Of a DNA stretch of 64,000 nt, positions 53,425 through 64,000 are shown in pieces. Under the pieces are notes generated by a model, which was not told the origin of the DNA, searched no databases, and saw only the letters and a list, made by a program, of their open reading frames with translations. The position numbers and the translations under genes are program-made. How positions within the stretch are numbered: position 1 is the first letter of the stretch; the number at the start of each line of letters is the position of its first letter. Origin of the DNA: Iphione sp. A-MEVVRFRX5 (Eukaryota); the NCBI GenBank assembly GCA_976226885.1, contig OZ320316.1:79918001-79982000 (forward strand). Direction: 5' to 3'.

Positions 53425-53542
53425 TCGGCCATCGAGGGAGACCTTTCCGAAACTCCGGTGGAGTTCTTCGATGTCGAACTTGTGAAAGGTACGCAAGGAC
53501 TCGGCATCACAATAGCTGGCTATATTGGGGAAAAGAGTTCAG
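53425..53542 (+). CDS. MPDZ: MPDZ/PATJ exon, start of PDZ3
   Basis: Acceptor tttattacttcag|TCG and donor TCA G|gtaaga; 118 nt, phase 0-1. SAIEGDLSETPVEFFDVELVKGTQGLGITIAGYIGEKSS contains the GLGI loop. It is too short to appear in the ORF track. Confidence 0.93.
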
Positions 53543-54569
53543 GTAAGAGGTCATTCATATCAAGTTTTAAAAAAAAACTGAAACTCATTTTCATTGTTCA
53601 AAATATATAGGCCATATACTCTCGAACAAATATACATATGTTCTTTCGACGGGGGATGATATCTTCTTGCTTTTGACAGGGACGGCATTTATGCAGAATG
53701 ACGTGTTTATTCATGTCAGTCTGAACTGTAATAAAAAGGTTGTTTACGGAGAGTAGCAGTTTATTAAAAGGAAATACTGTCGCCCAGCGCGATGTGATAT
53801 TCAGTGTGCTGTCCTGTTCCAGTCGCATAAACAGCTCTGCAGTCATGCAGTCCGAAAGTGTCTGCCCAAGACACCATACGCACACGTGTATATTCAGGAA
53901 TATATAGCACATGGGAATAGAGAAAACTAGTGACAGGACAAGGATAATGTTCCACCCAGGAGGCAGCTACGTGTAGTTCCAGGGTATCGCCGCTCTTATG
54001 AGTTTACCTTCTATGATGAATGTCAGTTGGTAACTGATTACTTGAGAGTGACATCCTGCGAGACCTTAAAATGTAATTGCTTTCTGTGTTTGTCATAAGT
54101 GAAGGCGTCCTCTGGCGCCGACCAATGGTAGCTGTCGTTGGGGCGGGTCCATCAGACGCTGAAGATGCCGCTCCGTCCGTTGCACGTTCTTTAACACGTG
54201 CCACGCTTCTTATAAGCGGCGCTTTGAGAGCTTCTGTTAATGAAACTATTGATATTGACCGACGGGCTTTGTTGAGAGCAGCAGACGCGTTCAGGTATGA
54301 TTAACAACAACATTTCCTATAGTTTCCTTAGGAAGCAGCTTGACGCTGTGTCGTTAGGTCCTGTGTGAGATGGCGCTCAGCGTATGAATGCCCTTAAATG
54401 ATATGGCTGTCTAAGTTGGATGACTATAAATGAAGATGGAAAATGAAGCCATGGCGGTGGGTGTTGTACAGCGAGGAGGCGGATATGTATTAAACTGAGA
54501 AAGATTGTTCATGCAATATCTATCGAACGAGGACAGTCAGTTATGCATATTGGCGATTTTAACTTTCAG

Positions 54570-54661
54570 AGGAACTTTCGGGTATTTTTGTAAAAAGTGT
54601 GGCTGAAGGAAGCGCAGCTGCAACTGATGGCAGAATTCAAGTCAACGACCAAATTATTGAA
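54570..54661 (+). CDS. MPDZ: MPDZ/PATJ exon, middle of PDZ3
   Basis: Acceptor ttttaactttcag|AG and donor GAA|gtaagt; 92 nt, phase 1-0. (E)[30 protein letters not shown]. Confidence 0.94.
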
Positions 54662-54951
54662 GTAAGTTGCACATAATTGCTTAAACCAGCATCCGTAAAT
54701 AAACACGACCAATTAATTATTGAAGTTGAACATGGAGGGAAGGACAATTATTTTCTCTGCGTGGTGAATTGAAATTAAGTGACAATCGGTTGTTTATGCA
54801 AATATGTTTGCTGAAATTTATACTCTGAAATATAGTACACACGAGTATCTCATGTTGGCAGAAGAATAATGTTTGCATAAAATTTAAAATGTTGATGATA
54901 CATTACACAATAGTGGAAATTAATAATTCGATATCACTTTGCCGTCTGTAG

Positions 54952-55087
54952 GTAGACAACCAGCCCCTAGAAGGCTTCTCTAATCACCAGGCAGTTGAGG
55001 TACTCAGGAAAACAGGCCAGGTAGTAAAGCTAAAACTGGCTAGATACAAACATGGACCTAAATACGAGCAGCTACATTCTTATGCAA
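54952..55087 (+). CDS. MPDZ: MPDZ/PATJ exon, end of PDZ3
   Basis: Acceptor ctttgccgtctgtag|GTA and donor GCA A|gtaagt; 136 nt, phase 0-1. VDNQPLEGFSNHQAVEVLRKTGQVVKLKLARYKHGPKYEQLHSYA. Confidence 0.94.
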
Positions 55088-55553
55088 GTAAGTATCTGTA
55101 CTGCACGTACATGTATTCGAACATACATTGTATATATGAAGTAAATATATATATGGCCTGTAAAATATTTACCGTATTTTTCTAGTGTTCTCTTTTGTAG
55201 AAGCTTTGACACATACACTACTTCATATAGTTCCCTGCCTTTGGTAACTATTCTAGACAGTTTAAGCAGACTGGAGGAAAACGGATAAAGAAAATAATGT
55301 ATAGTAGAAATAAGAACTCTGTGATTAATGGCAGAAGCAATACCAGCTCCCAGAAGCAGAAGTTTATGTATGTAAAAAGTATTATTTCTAGTGTTGGTTC
55401 ATAGCAATCACTCATTTCTACCGTGACAGTTAATTTCCTTTTCCGACATCTGGTTTCCAGTCGTGTGGCCTATTAAAGCAAATCTCCAGTCACCTAGCTA
55501 TAAAATTGGTCTGCTTTGCTCAAGGCACATTCGAGCATTGTGTTTCGTTGCAG

Positions 55554-55661
55554 TCCAACCCCTGCAGCCGATGCCAACCATGCAGTATAGTCTGGACCAG
55601 ACGGGAGGCACGTCGCACCTTAGCCTAGATGACATCCGACTCCTGGCTGCTGACGATTACA
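55554..55661 (+). CDS. MPDZ: MPDZ/PATJ exon, PDZ3-PDZ4 linker
   Basis: Acceptor tgtttcgttgcag|TC and donor TAC A|gtgagt; 108 nt, phase 1-1, open in the inherited frame: (I)QPLQPMPTMQYSLDQTGGTSHLSLDDIRLLAADDY. Support comes from splice sites and phase rather than a recognisable domain. Confidence 0.78.
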
Positions 55662-57257
55662 GTGAGTATTGTCGCCGCCTTCCTCATCCCATCCTCCTTA
55701 CTTTTGGCTTCGTATTATTTTCCAAGTATTTTCTCTTTTCAATATCGCGTGGCCGCAGCAGCAGTAGCAGCAGCAGCCGGCACCGCCTCCACCGCCCTCT
55801 TCTTGCGTTTAAATACCTTTTCTTGTTGTCAATCCGCTGTCTGACTCCTTTCCAGCTGGCAGGCCGTGCTCGAGCCTATTTGGCCTATTGAAAGCATCAT
55901 ATTCCAATGGCGGGACCGTCTTGGAAATGCAGTGCTGAAGCTAATAGTTCTCAGGCTTCACCTCCATTACTGCCTGGCTCCCCCTCAGCCCACAATCTTC
56001 CCGGCCTCGTGCGGTCCCCATCAGGCCACCCTCGACCCCGTTGGCCCCACTGGCAGTCCCGCCCTTGTGAGGAGAGGGCTCCGTAGGGGGCGCTCCGGTT
56101 CCTTATCAGGCCGCGTGCTCGCTGTCAGCAAGCTTCGGTGAGACGTCCGTGATGGAGTGAATGGGACGGATGGCTGGCGGTCACCGGTACTGGCCTGTAT
56201 ACAGCAGGGGTCGTCTCAGACAGAGCATTCGCTGGCCGTGCTCGGTATCAGCTCATTGGGGGATGGGGGTGTGGGGAGGGGGGGGGGGGGCAAGGGGTGG
56301 GGGTTTTATATCCCATGGCCGAGTTGCCGTAAGGTGCCGACGACAGGCCAGTCAACTTTCCACGTAGTACCCCTAGGGGAAAAAAATATTTCCCTTCCTT
56401 ATCTGACGCACAGGCTGTTCGTTTTTTTAAAAACGGCTGATTGTTTCTGTGATAAGTACATGTACTCGTATATCCATATGTCAGGTGATAAAACAAGACT
56501 TTCTGGGAACTGGACCATCACTTTTTTTACATGTATTCATCCTGAGCCATTTCTTCCAGTTAGAGCAAGATAAGAATAGCAGGTAATGCATATCTGCTCT
56601 CATCTCCACGTCACACGGCAGAAAATATACATATGTACATACACAACATTTACTGCATCTTTTACTCTGGGTAAATAAGCAACTTTTTAAAGGTGTCGTA
56701 TGATTAGACCCTTGGCTCCCACGTCAATTTATTGAACAGAATACAATAGTTGGCGTTTCATCGCACTTGAGCCATTCCATTTTTGGCCCCTGCCTCATAG
56801 AGGGGGGACATTAATAATGCTGCTGGCTGGTTGCCCCGTCCTTCCATCACACTCTTGTGGGTCTTATAAGTCTAAAACCCTTCACTCAAATGAACAGATT
56901 TTTATATATGATATTGGTATATATGGCCATCATATATGGTCAAGTATTTTGAAAGTGAAATTAAGCCAATTTTACTCTTTTGGTAACATACCTACAAACA
57001 AACATACCTGGTTTAGAGATTCCTAGGTTTGAGAGTGCACACACATGCACACATACACACTTACCAATATCTCCCTCCTATCAGTATCAGCTTGGTGTTC
57101 TGGTCTGGTGTTTAGTGAGGCAGAACCGGGGGTGCTGTGCTCAGTCTTCCAGAACCAAGGGTTGTAAACCTCAAGGACGGAAATAAGCCTAGCCAGCCAC
57201 CCCAAAACAAGGTGCCAATCAAGGTGGTTGTAAAGAGAGAGATAGAGACACCAAACA

Positions 57258-57435
57258 NNNNNNNNNNNNNNNNNNNNNNNNNNNNNNNNNNNNNNNNNNN
57301 NNNNNNNNNNNNNNNNNNNNNNNNNNNNNNNNNNNNNNNNNNNNNNNNNNNNNNNNNNNNNNNNNNNNNNNNNNNNNNNNNNNNNNNNNNNNNNNNNNNN
57401 NNNNNNNNNNNNNNNNNNNNNNNNNNNNNNNNNNN
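57258..57435. other. Assembly gap (178 N) after a GA-rich tract
   Basis: Run of N. Confidence 0.99.
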
Positions 57436-58782
57436 GGACGGGGGACAATAGACCTCACAGGTCCACACTCTTGTAATATACAGTTTCCTTGCTACGTATC
57501 ACTTACACTGAGTGTTTTCCTGCAAAATTCACTGTAAATAATTTGCCGTCACCCAAATGGTATATTTCATTCTCCTGCTACAAAATATTCAAGAATCATA
57601 CTGCAGTGGCATTGATAACCACATAAAAATGTAATCTCAGGCGACTTAGGAGGGCTCTTTGTCGTAATCTATATTGCCCGTCGGTCTTTAATCATAAGTG
57701 GGAATAGGCTCACAAGGAGACGTCGACGATGATGTAGTGCTTAGCCACCAGAGGCCAGTAGCCTCTCCAGGGAGCCGATTAGCACTTAGGTTTGTTTACG
57801 GCCCATTAATCGGGCCTGGGCTCCAGGCCGGTGATAATCCACGGGCTACGGAAGAAAACGATGATGGGATGCTTACACAACCATGCACATACACCAATTG
57901 CACGCGCGCATTGTTTCATGGGCCAACATATACGTACGTACACACACTTACACGGAGCACGGTGGCTTGATATTGGTGTCCGTCATGGCTGCTGGCAGGG
58001 GAATATTGTCTCTCCAGGGGCGGTGTCTTTGAGTAAGACTGAAAAAGGCAAAAAATGCGACCAGCAAGGTCGGAGGAGGGATGACGTCAGTGTGGCAGGA
58101 GGGAAATTATTGAACAAGGGATACGGACACGACCTTTCAGCGCCACCAAGCGCAGCGTCCTCCTGACGGGTCTGCTCTAGCTCATAAATCGCCACCAGTG
58201 GCTTTGTGGGTTTTTTTTTTTTGGGGGGGTGGGGGGGGGCATCATCAGCCAGCACACATGCCCAGGCCGCAGGAGTAACTCCATTTGCAAATTAACTGCC
58301 ACGGGCTCAAGAAAGTTCCTCCTTGTGTTTTAACCCTGCCATTTGCTTGATGCCGCCAATTTGACAGCGTGCGCGCCAGGCATTACTTTCTCGCTTTTCA
58401 CACTGATCGGATAAGGGAGTATTTGGTTAGCGCTATGAATTTAGTTTTCTCCTAATGACGATTGACTGTGATGGTAACCAGTTTAGTCCCTCCGAACTCT
58501 TCTATCACCGTCGCCTTTTGTAGAAGATTAAGGGATTTACTGTCTTTTATCTTGGTAGTCTGTCAATACGATGCAATCGGGGGAACGCATTGGCTGGGGT
58601 TTCAAGTATTTATGATTACTTTTATGAGAAGCTTCGCCAGGCCGCGTCAAAGTGTAAACATTCTGTATCATGATACAGAAATACCAGCAGCCTAGATTGT
58701 CTACGGATAATAAATTTTTCGTATGGCTAAAAGGATTATCGTTAAATATTGTCTGTTGTATACCTGCTTATGTATTATGTAT

Positions 58783-59076
58783 TGTCACGATGGATGTCAT
58801 ATTCGTTTGTCCGTGGATGTTTGAGGGATGTTGACTTGGTTTTGTCGAATATTTGAATGGTAGGGAGCCTGACTATATAAAAGAAGTCATATTGCTGCAT
58901 ATATATGTATATGTACGTGTGGTTGTACAAAGACAAGGCTATGCACACTTGATAAATACTAAATTCATTGGGGCATGTTGGCGCTCCTATACAACGGGAT
59001 ATTGATCGTGCGCCGCCCGCTCTGTATACAGAACGGCTCTTGCGTTGTATGTAATAAATTGGATACATTATTTACA
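58783..59076 (+). mobile_element. LTR-like segment (TG...CA)
   Basis: Begins TGTCACGA, has TATATAAAAG (58874-58883) and AATAAA (59053-59058), and ends TTACA. No target-site duplication or second LTR found. Confidence 0.3.
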
Positions 59077-61160
59077 ACCAAAGACATTGGCCTAACAATC
59101 CTGCGTCAGGCAGATCCCATGAGTCGGTCCAGCTGAATGCAGGATAGAATCTACCAGGCCTTTGGGGCTGTTTTGGGGGATGGCACCTCTGTGTGCTACC
59201 TTTGTCCAGTATACCGTTTTACTGTAGAATATTTTCTGCAGTGTCCACCCAGTTCTGACTGGATGGCCGTGTTCAGCCGCTAATGATGTAACAACCGCCT
59301 ACACTGACTACTGGAGCATCCTAGTCATAGAGCCTCGCTTGGCCAGGTCCCCGCCCAGCACCACACCCAGAGCAGCAGTTAGTCAGTGCCTTCCGGCACG
59401 CAGTGGCCAATCAGCAGCAGGCCAGACGATCACATCACTCCGGCCAATAGGCTTTAGTCATGCTAGTCCATTTGGTCTGACCGGTGGCTGTATTTGTCCA
59501 TCTCTACCGAACGATTCCACGGGAGAAAGCTCAGCACAGACGGAAAAACCCGCGAGTGAGGGGCAGACAACGCAACGGTCAAATCTGCCAGACGCAGCAC
59601 CCGGGATACCGGTGTCCGCGGTGCCATTGTGTCCCGTAGGATGGATGCGACCACCGTCCGAAGGCTTCGTAAGTACGTCTGTATATTTCACCGGCGAAAG
59701 CTGGTTCTGATAGGCAATGTCGATCGTGCTTCGTCTACAAAGAATCCCCCTGAAGCCTGATCCATGCTTCGTACTCTGTATCTGTGTGTCTGTTCGCCTC
59801 GGAGAAACGAACCAGTCACAGCAGAGAGATTGCCCGGAACGATTGTAGTCTGCTACTATTGAGGGTGATTATGGGATCACTTTGCTGTACTCTTGCGGAA
59901 GGTCTGCTCCTGGTGTGCTGATTTTGCTGTAAAGTGGGCCTGGGAAACTGAATGCCACACTCACGTTCGTCGCAGGTGGGTCGTTTAAATTAGATAGCTA
60001 CCGAGCTATCTGTCGTTCGCGAATGTTCCTGGTCTCTTGACAGGTAAGGTAAATGAAACTCCTCAAAGCGCTTTCAGCCAGGACGGAGAGAGTACTCTAG
60101 TTCCTGTAAACTTCGGCATGTACGATTAATATCGCTTTTCATCAAGATGGTACTGCTAACAGTTATTGTTCATAGGAGGCAACTAATTTCTCTGAAAGTC
60201 ACATACCCGAGGCGTGTCAGGTATGCTAAAGATGTCTGTTAGAAAGAGAATACCATTTAGCAATACGTATCACGAACGAACTTCGGTCCGTTTACGTGTG
60301 ACAGCCATTCTCTGGTTTCATTATATTGGTTCTGTAGATCTCACGAGAAATTATATTTCAAGAAGTGCACGAAAAGACGCTGGCTCAAAAAACGTCCTTA
60401 GCCTAGGAATTTGATAGGCGGGACTTGCTGTCATCATGTACTGAGAAGAATGACCAGCTTGAGGGATTTAGCTGTTTCCAAGATGCCATAGTTTATCCCC
60501 CCTCCCCCCCCCCAAAAAAAAAAAAAGAATGAGAGAAACGGTCAGGTAGGGCACAGAAGAACGAATGGTGCTAAGATGACAAATATGTAGCAGTAATAGC
60601 ATTAGACTGTCAAAATTGACTAAGTGTAATTATATTAACTTGGAAATGCGGTTGTATTTCATTAAGAAATACCAGAGAAGGACGCCGAGTTTTTTTCCCT
60701 TGCTAGCTAAGGACCACGCGTGTATTGGTGTGTTTGCTGCTGCTGTTTGGCTTGTTGGAAATGGACATTACTCTACCGAAACGCGTTTCTTAGCGCATGA
60801 AAGCTCAGTCACAAGTCCTTATTTATGTCAGTGTTACGTTTGCTGATTTTCCTATTGTGTTTCATATGAGAGGTATTGAAATAGCTCCGTAAAAAGTGGA
60901 ATCACATTCATTAGGCAATGCAGTGAGCTCTTCCTCCGTCAAGGAAAAGGGGCACCTACATCAGCCATATAGGTGTACTGAACGAAAAAAAAACAACATG
61001 TAAACGGTGGAAACAGCTTCTCAACTCACATTCTCAAAGAGAATAAAAAAGATCATCTGCTAAGCTGAGAAAAAAACTGGTAAGAAAAATCAACTTACAG
61101 AGTTGTGAAGAAAATCTTAGGATTGAATTACTGGTAAACAAGAACCACCACAAAGTCATG

Positions 61161-61292
61161 TTTCACACATGAGGGCCTCCATCTCACACACGAGGCACCC
61201 CTGTCACATGGGGGGGCCCACATCTCACCGGCGACCCACATCTTATACGACAGGCCCACATCTCACACGGGAGACACATTTCATACTGGAGT
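61161..61292. repeat. Degenerate tandem repeat of about 20-nt units (cccacatctcacac..gagg)
   Basis: About six diverged units with a cacatctcac-like core. Confidence 0.7.
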
Positions 61293-62461
61293 CACTCGTT
61301 GGGCTTTATTTCCCTCATCATCCACATCTCATTGTGCACTAATTGGCCCACTTTTGATGATGTGGATATCCACAGGTGAGCTTTACACTTGAGACGCTTC
61401 TTTACCTTGTAAAATGTAGGCTTTCATTTATTGACGTTGTGGGAGCTAGACCAAAGACGAGGTTTTGTAAGGTGTTATCACTTAGTTTTCTAAGCCCAAA
61501 TAAAACATAACTAGACAAATCTGTGCGGTGTAATATCCGACTTCAATGTGTGGGGCTTACATAGAAGTTTTCACATTTGAGTAGCTGCTACACGCACAAA
61601 AATGTTAGTCTATGCTTGTAAAGTGCCTCAGGCAAATGACTGCCGTAGTGAATACGGACATAAAAGGAATTGTATTACTGGATGAGGTCTTCCAACAACA
61701 GGGATGTCTACCTGGAAGAGCTCACCCTGGTTTAGAAAACGGTATATTTTCTTCCATTCCATTCTTAGTGTAGTAGTTCTTTTTACAGAGAGCTATATGT
61801 ATTTTTCTGCTAGAGCGTACACTGTTATTGGAGTCAGGGGAGTTAAAAAAGGAATATTGTGCAGTTTAAGTCTATGCTGCTGGCATTATAAGTGTAAGTA
61901 GTGCATGGAAATGACAGATTTGTTCAGGCAGGGGTGGTGGTGGCAGAAACAGCAGTGATGATGGCAGCTGTAGTGCTACCATCTATTATCATCCATTGGT
62001 AGTAGTCTTAGTGGCATGGTGATAGATGGTCGTGGATGGATGGCAGATTGGCGATGGATAGATTGATGGGTATTGATGCCAGCAGCTGATGATGACGACG
62101 ACGAAGATGATAAATTATGTTGCCAGTGCCAATTCACACCTACTCCTCCAGATTTACCAAGTACTACACCTCATCTTACACATTACTACTGCCAACTAGA
62201 TTATTCTGACAGAGAAGCTTCATTTCCAGTGCAAACTGCTGAGTATTGCGGAGTCACCTGATATCCATTTATTTTTTATAGAAGAATTGCCCGGGAGAAA
62301 ATATATACATTTGTACACGTACAGTAGACTCTCTCGATTCCGGACACCCTTCGTTCTGCGTCAAACCGTCCGCATTTGAGACGCGTCCGCATTGGAGATC
62401 GCTACAGGGGGGTCTAACTAGAAAATGAAATCCCTTTCTCCCTCTCTCTCTAACCAGTTAA

Positions 62462-62621
62462 GGTCCAAAAAGTACTGAATTTGACCAGTAAAAGTCCTAA
62501 AAGTCCTGAATTTGACCAGTAAAAGTCCAAAAAGTACTAAATTTGACCAGTAAAAGTACTGAATTTGACCAGTAAAAGTCCTAAAAGTCCTGAATTTGAC
62601 CAGTAAAAGTCCAAAAAGTAC
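62462..62621. repeat. Minisatellite of about 31-nt units (aaaagtactgaatttgaccagtaaaagtcct-like) inside the MITE
   Basis: aatttgaccagtaaaagt recurs five times with variable spacing. Confidence 0.92.
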
Positions 62622-62626
62622 AGACA

Positions 62627-62790
62627 GTCCACAGGGGTTATTCATATCTACCTTTGAAAATGGACTTCTGGAGCCTCTCTGGGACCCAAAATTGGCGCGA
62701 CAACACCGTGTCCACAGGGGTTATTCATGTCTACCTTTGAAAATGGACTTCTGGAGCCTCTCTGGGGCCCGAAATTCGCGCAATAACACC
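62627..62790. repeat. 83-bp tandem duplication inside the MITE
   Basis: gtccacaggggttattcat(a/g)tctacctttgaaaatggacttctggagcctctctggg starts at 62627 and again at 62710. Confidence 0.92.
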
Positions 62791-64000
62791 TCGTTCAAGG
62801 TGTGAATTCACATTTCAAGGTGTGAATTCACACAAAAACATGTACAGAGGGGTCAAACACTAGCCTTTGAGGGTGTCCAGAGGGAGACGCTCTGAAAAAT
62901 TAGCTGTCCGCATTTGAGACATCAGCTTACTATAGGAAACAATAGGAAAGCAGTTCGTTCTGCGTCAAATCGTCCGCATTTGAGACGCGTCCGCATTGGA
63001 GACGCGTCCGCAGGCAGGGAGGGTACTGTAGTTCCATTTTTCTCAACAGTTTCCGTCTCGCCGTCCACATCTAAGAGCTATTGTAGGGATGGTTGTTTGA
63101 AATGAGGTTGTGAGTGTACGGCCCAAAAAATCTTTCTGAAGCTGTTCATTTGCATCGGATATATGGACTCTAGCGCAGAGGTGTGCTTTGATCCTCGAGT
63201 GATATGAAAGTGTGCGTAAGTGGGAACGGCCACGCTTTTTGGAGTTGTTTGTCTATGGCTAATGGTGTTGGAGGCGTCTCTGCCCGATGGTGTCCCACGT
63301 GCTGAAAAGCTGAAACAGGTTGTGCTATTCATGTTTTAGACACGCAGGTTCTTTCAAACCAGATGGGCTGTATGTTGGACGGCGGTACCCCCAACACGTT
63401 AAAAATGATTTTTTTCATAGGTTAGAAGTGAATCCGCATAGGCTACTGTCATGTCCAACGGTCTCCTCCGCCTCGCTCTGCTATCCACCTAGGGAAAGAT
63501 CGCCGCATATCTAATCATGATAGCTTGCCTACAAATACTGAATTTCTGTTCTGCCACGAGATTAGAATGGCCCCGTCGTGGTTTGTTGTTGTGAGCAGTT
63601 TTTATAGGTGGTAACAGTTATTTCCGTCCATAGTGAAAAATTGCACTGTTTCTTGCTCAGTGAACTACTTGGTATGAATCGATTGAGAGGACGATCATAA
63701 GCACTGACAAGGTTGCGTGCCAATACATTGTATGTGCATATTCGACTAAGCCTGTTACGAAGAACCGCAGTCACGCACATGTGACTTTCATCACACAGCT
63801 GTAGTATCTTAACACTCCGCGCCCTATGTGGGCAGGCAATCTAACCTTGCACTGTCGTGTCCCGTGCCCCTCAGCCAGCGCTCGGTTAGAACCAGGCATT
63901 ATCATATATTGACCCATGAGTGTTGAGGACAACATCATTACTTAAGTGAGTCTCCAGCACGCCTCGCCTGCCTAGAGGAGGCGACCACTGGAGGGACTGT

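Larger units (their letters stand above)
62322..63028. mobile_element. Non-autonomous Tc1/mariner (pogo-like) MITE, 707 bp
   Basis: Flanked by TA (62320-21) and TA (63029-30). Imperfect TIRs CAGTAGACTCTCTCGATTCCGGAC and (reverse complement) CAGTACCCTCCCTGCCTGCGGAC. A 49-bp subterminal block is repeated at 62350-62398 and 62954-63002 with one mismatch. No transposase ORF. Confidence 0.82.

Noticed and set aside
6472-57468. ORFs containing X-runs
   Set aside because: Artefacts of translating through the four N-gaps.
1-64000. tRNA, rRNA, snRNA, CRISPR or prokaryotic operons
   Set aside because: No cloverleaf with A/B boxes, no snRNA or 5S signature and no repeat-spacer array were seen; the DNA is spliced eukaryotic sequence.

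Overview
This is eukaryotic (bilaterian invertebrate-type) genomic DNA of roughly 45% GC with four N-gaps, so nearly all of the six-frame ORF track is spurious. The only gene I can support is a + strand multi-PDZ cell-polarity scaffold of the MPDZ/MUPP1-PATJ family. Seven coding exons (23424-23706, 48714-48848, 50877-51218, 53425-53542, 54570-54661, 54952-55087, 55554-55661) join in frame through canonical GT-AG sites. They encode the second half of PDZ1, all of PDZ2 and PDZ3, and the following linker. I found neither the upstream exons (L27 domain, first half of PDZ1) nor the PDZ4+ exons, so the gene probably extends beyond both ends, with very long introns (about 23 kb or more, 25.0 kb, about 8 kb or more). 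The introns hold decayed transposon debris, a clean 707-bp Tc1/mariner-pogo-type MITE, an older TIR-bounded family, microsatellites and a strongly over-represented TACATGTA palindrome. The most interesting signal is a set of acceptor-immediately-followed-by-donor (AG|GTRAG) sites in the long introns. The best, at 646-682, has a branch point, pyrimidine tract, TAG and GTGAGT. These are candidates for recursive (ratchet) splicing or an alternative first exon; this is inference and needs RNA data. I recognised no RNA genes or CRISPR arrays. The organism cannot be identified from the sequence alone.
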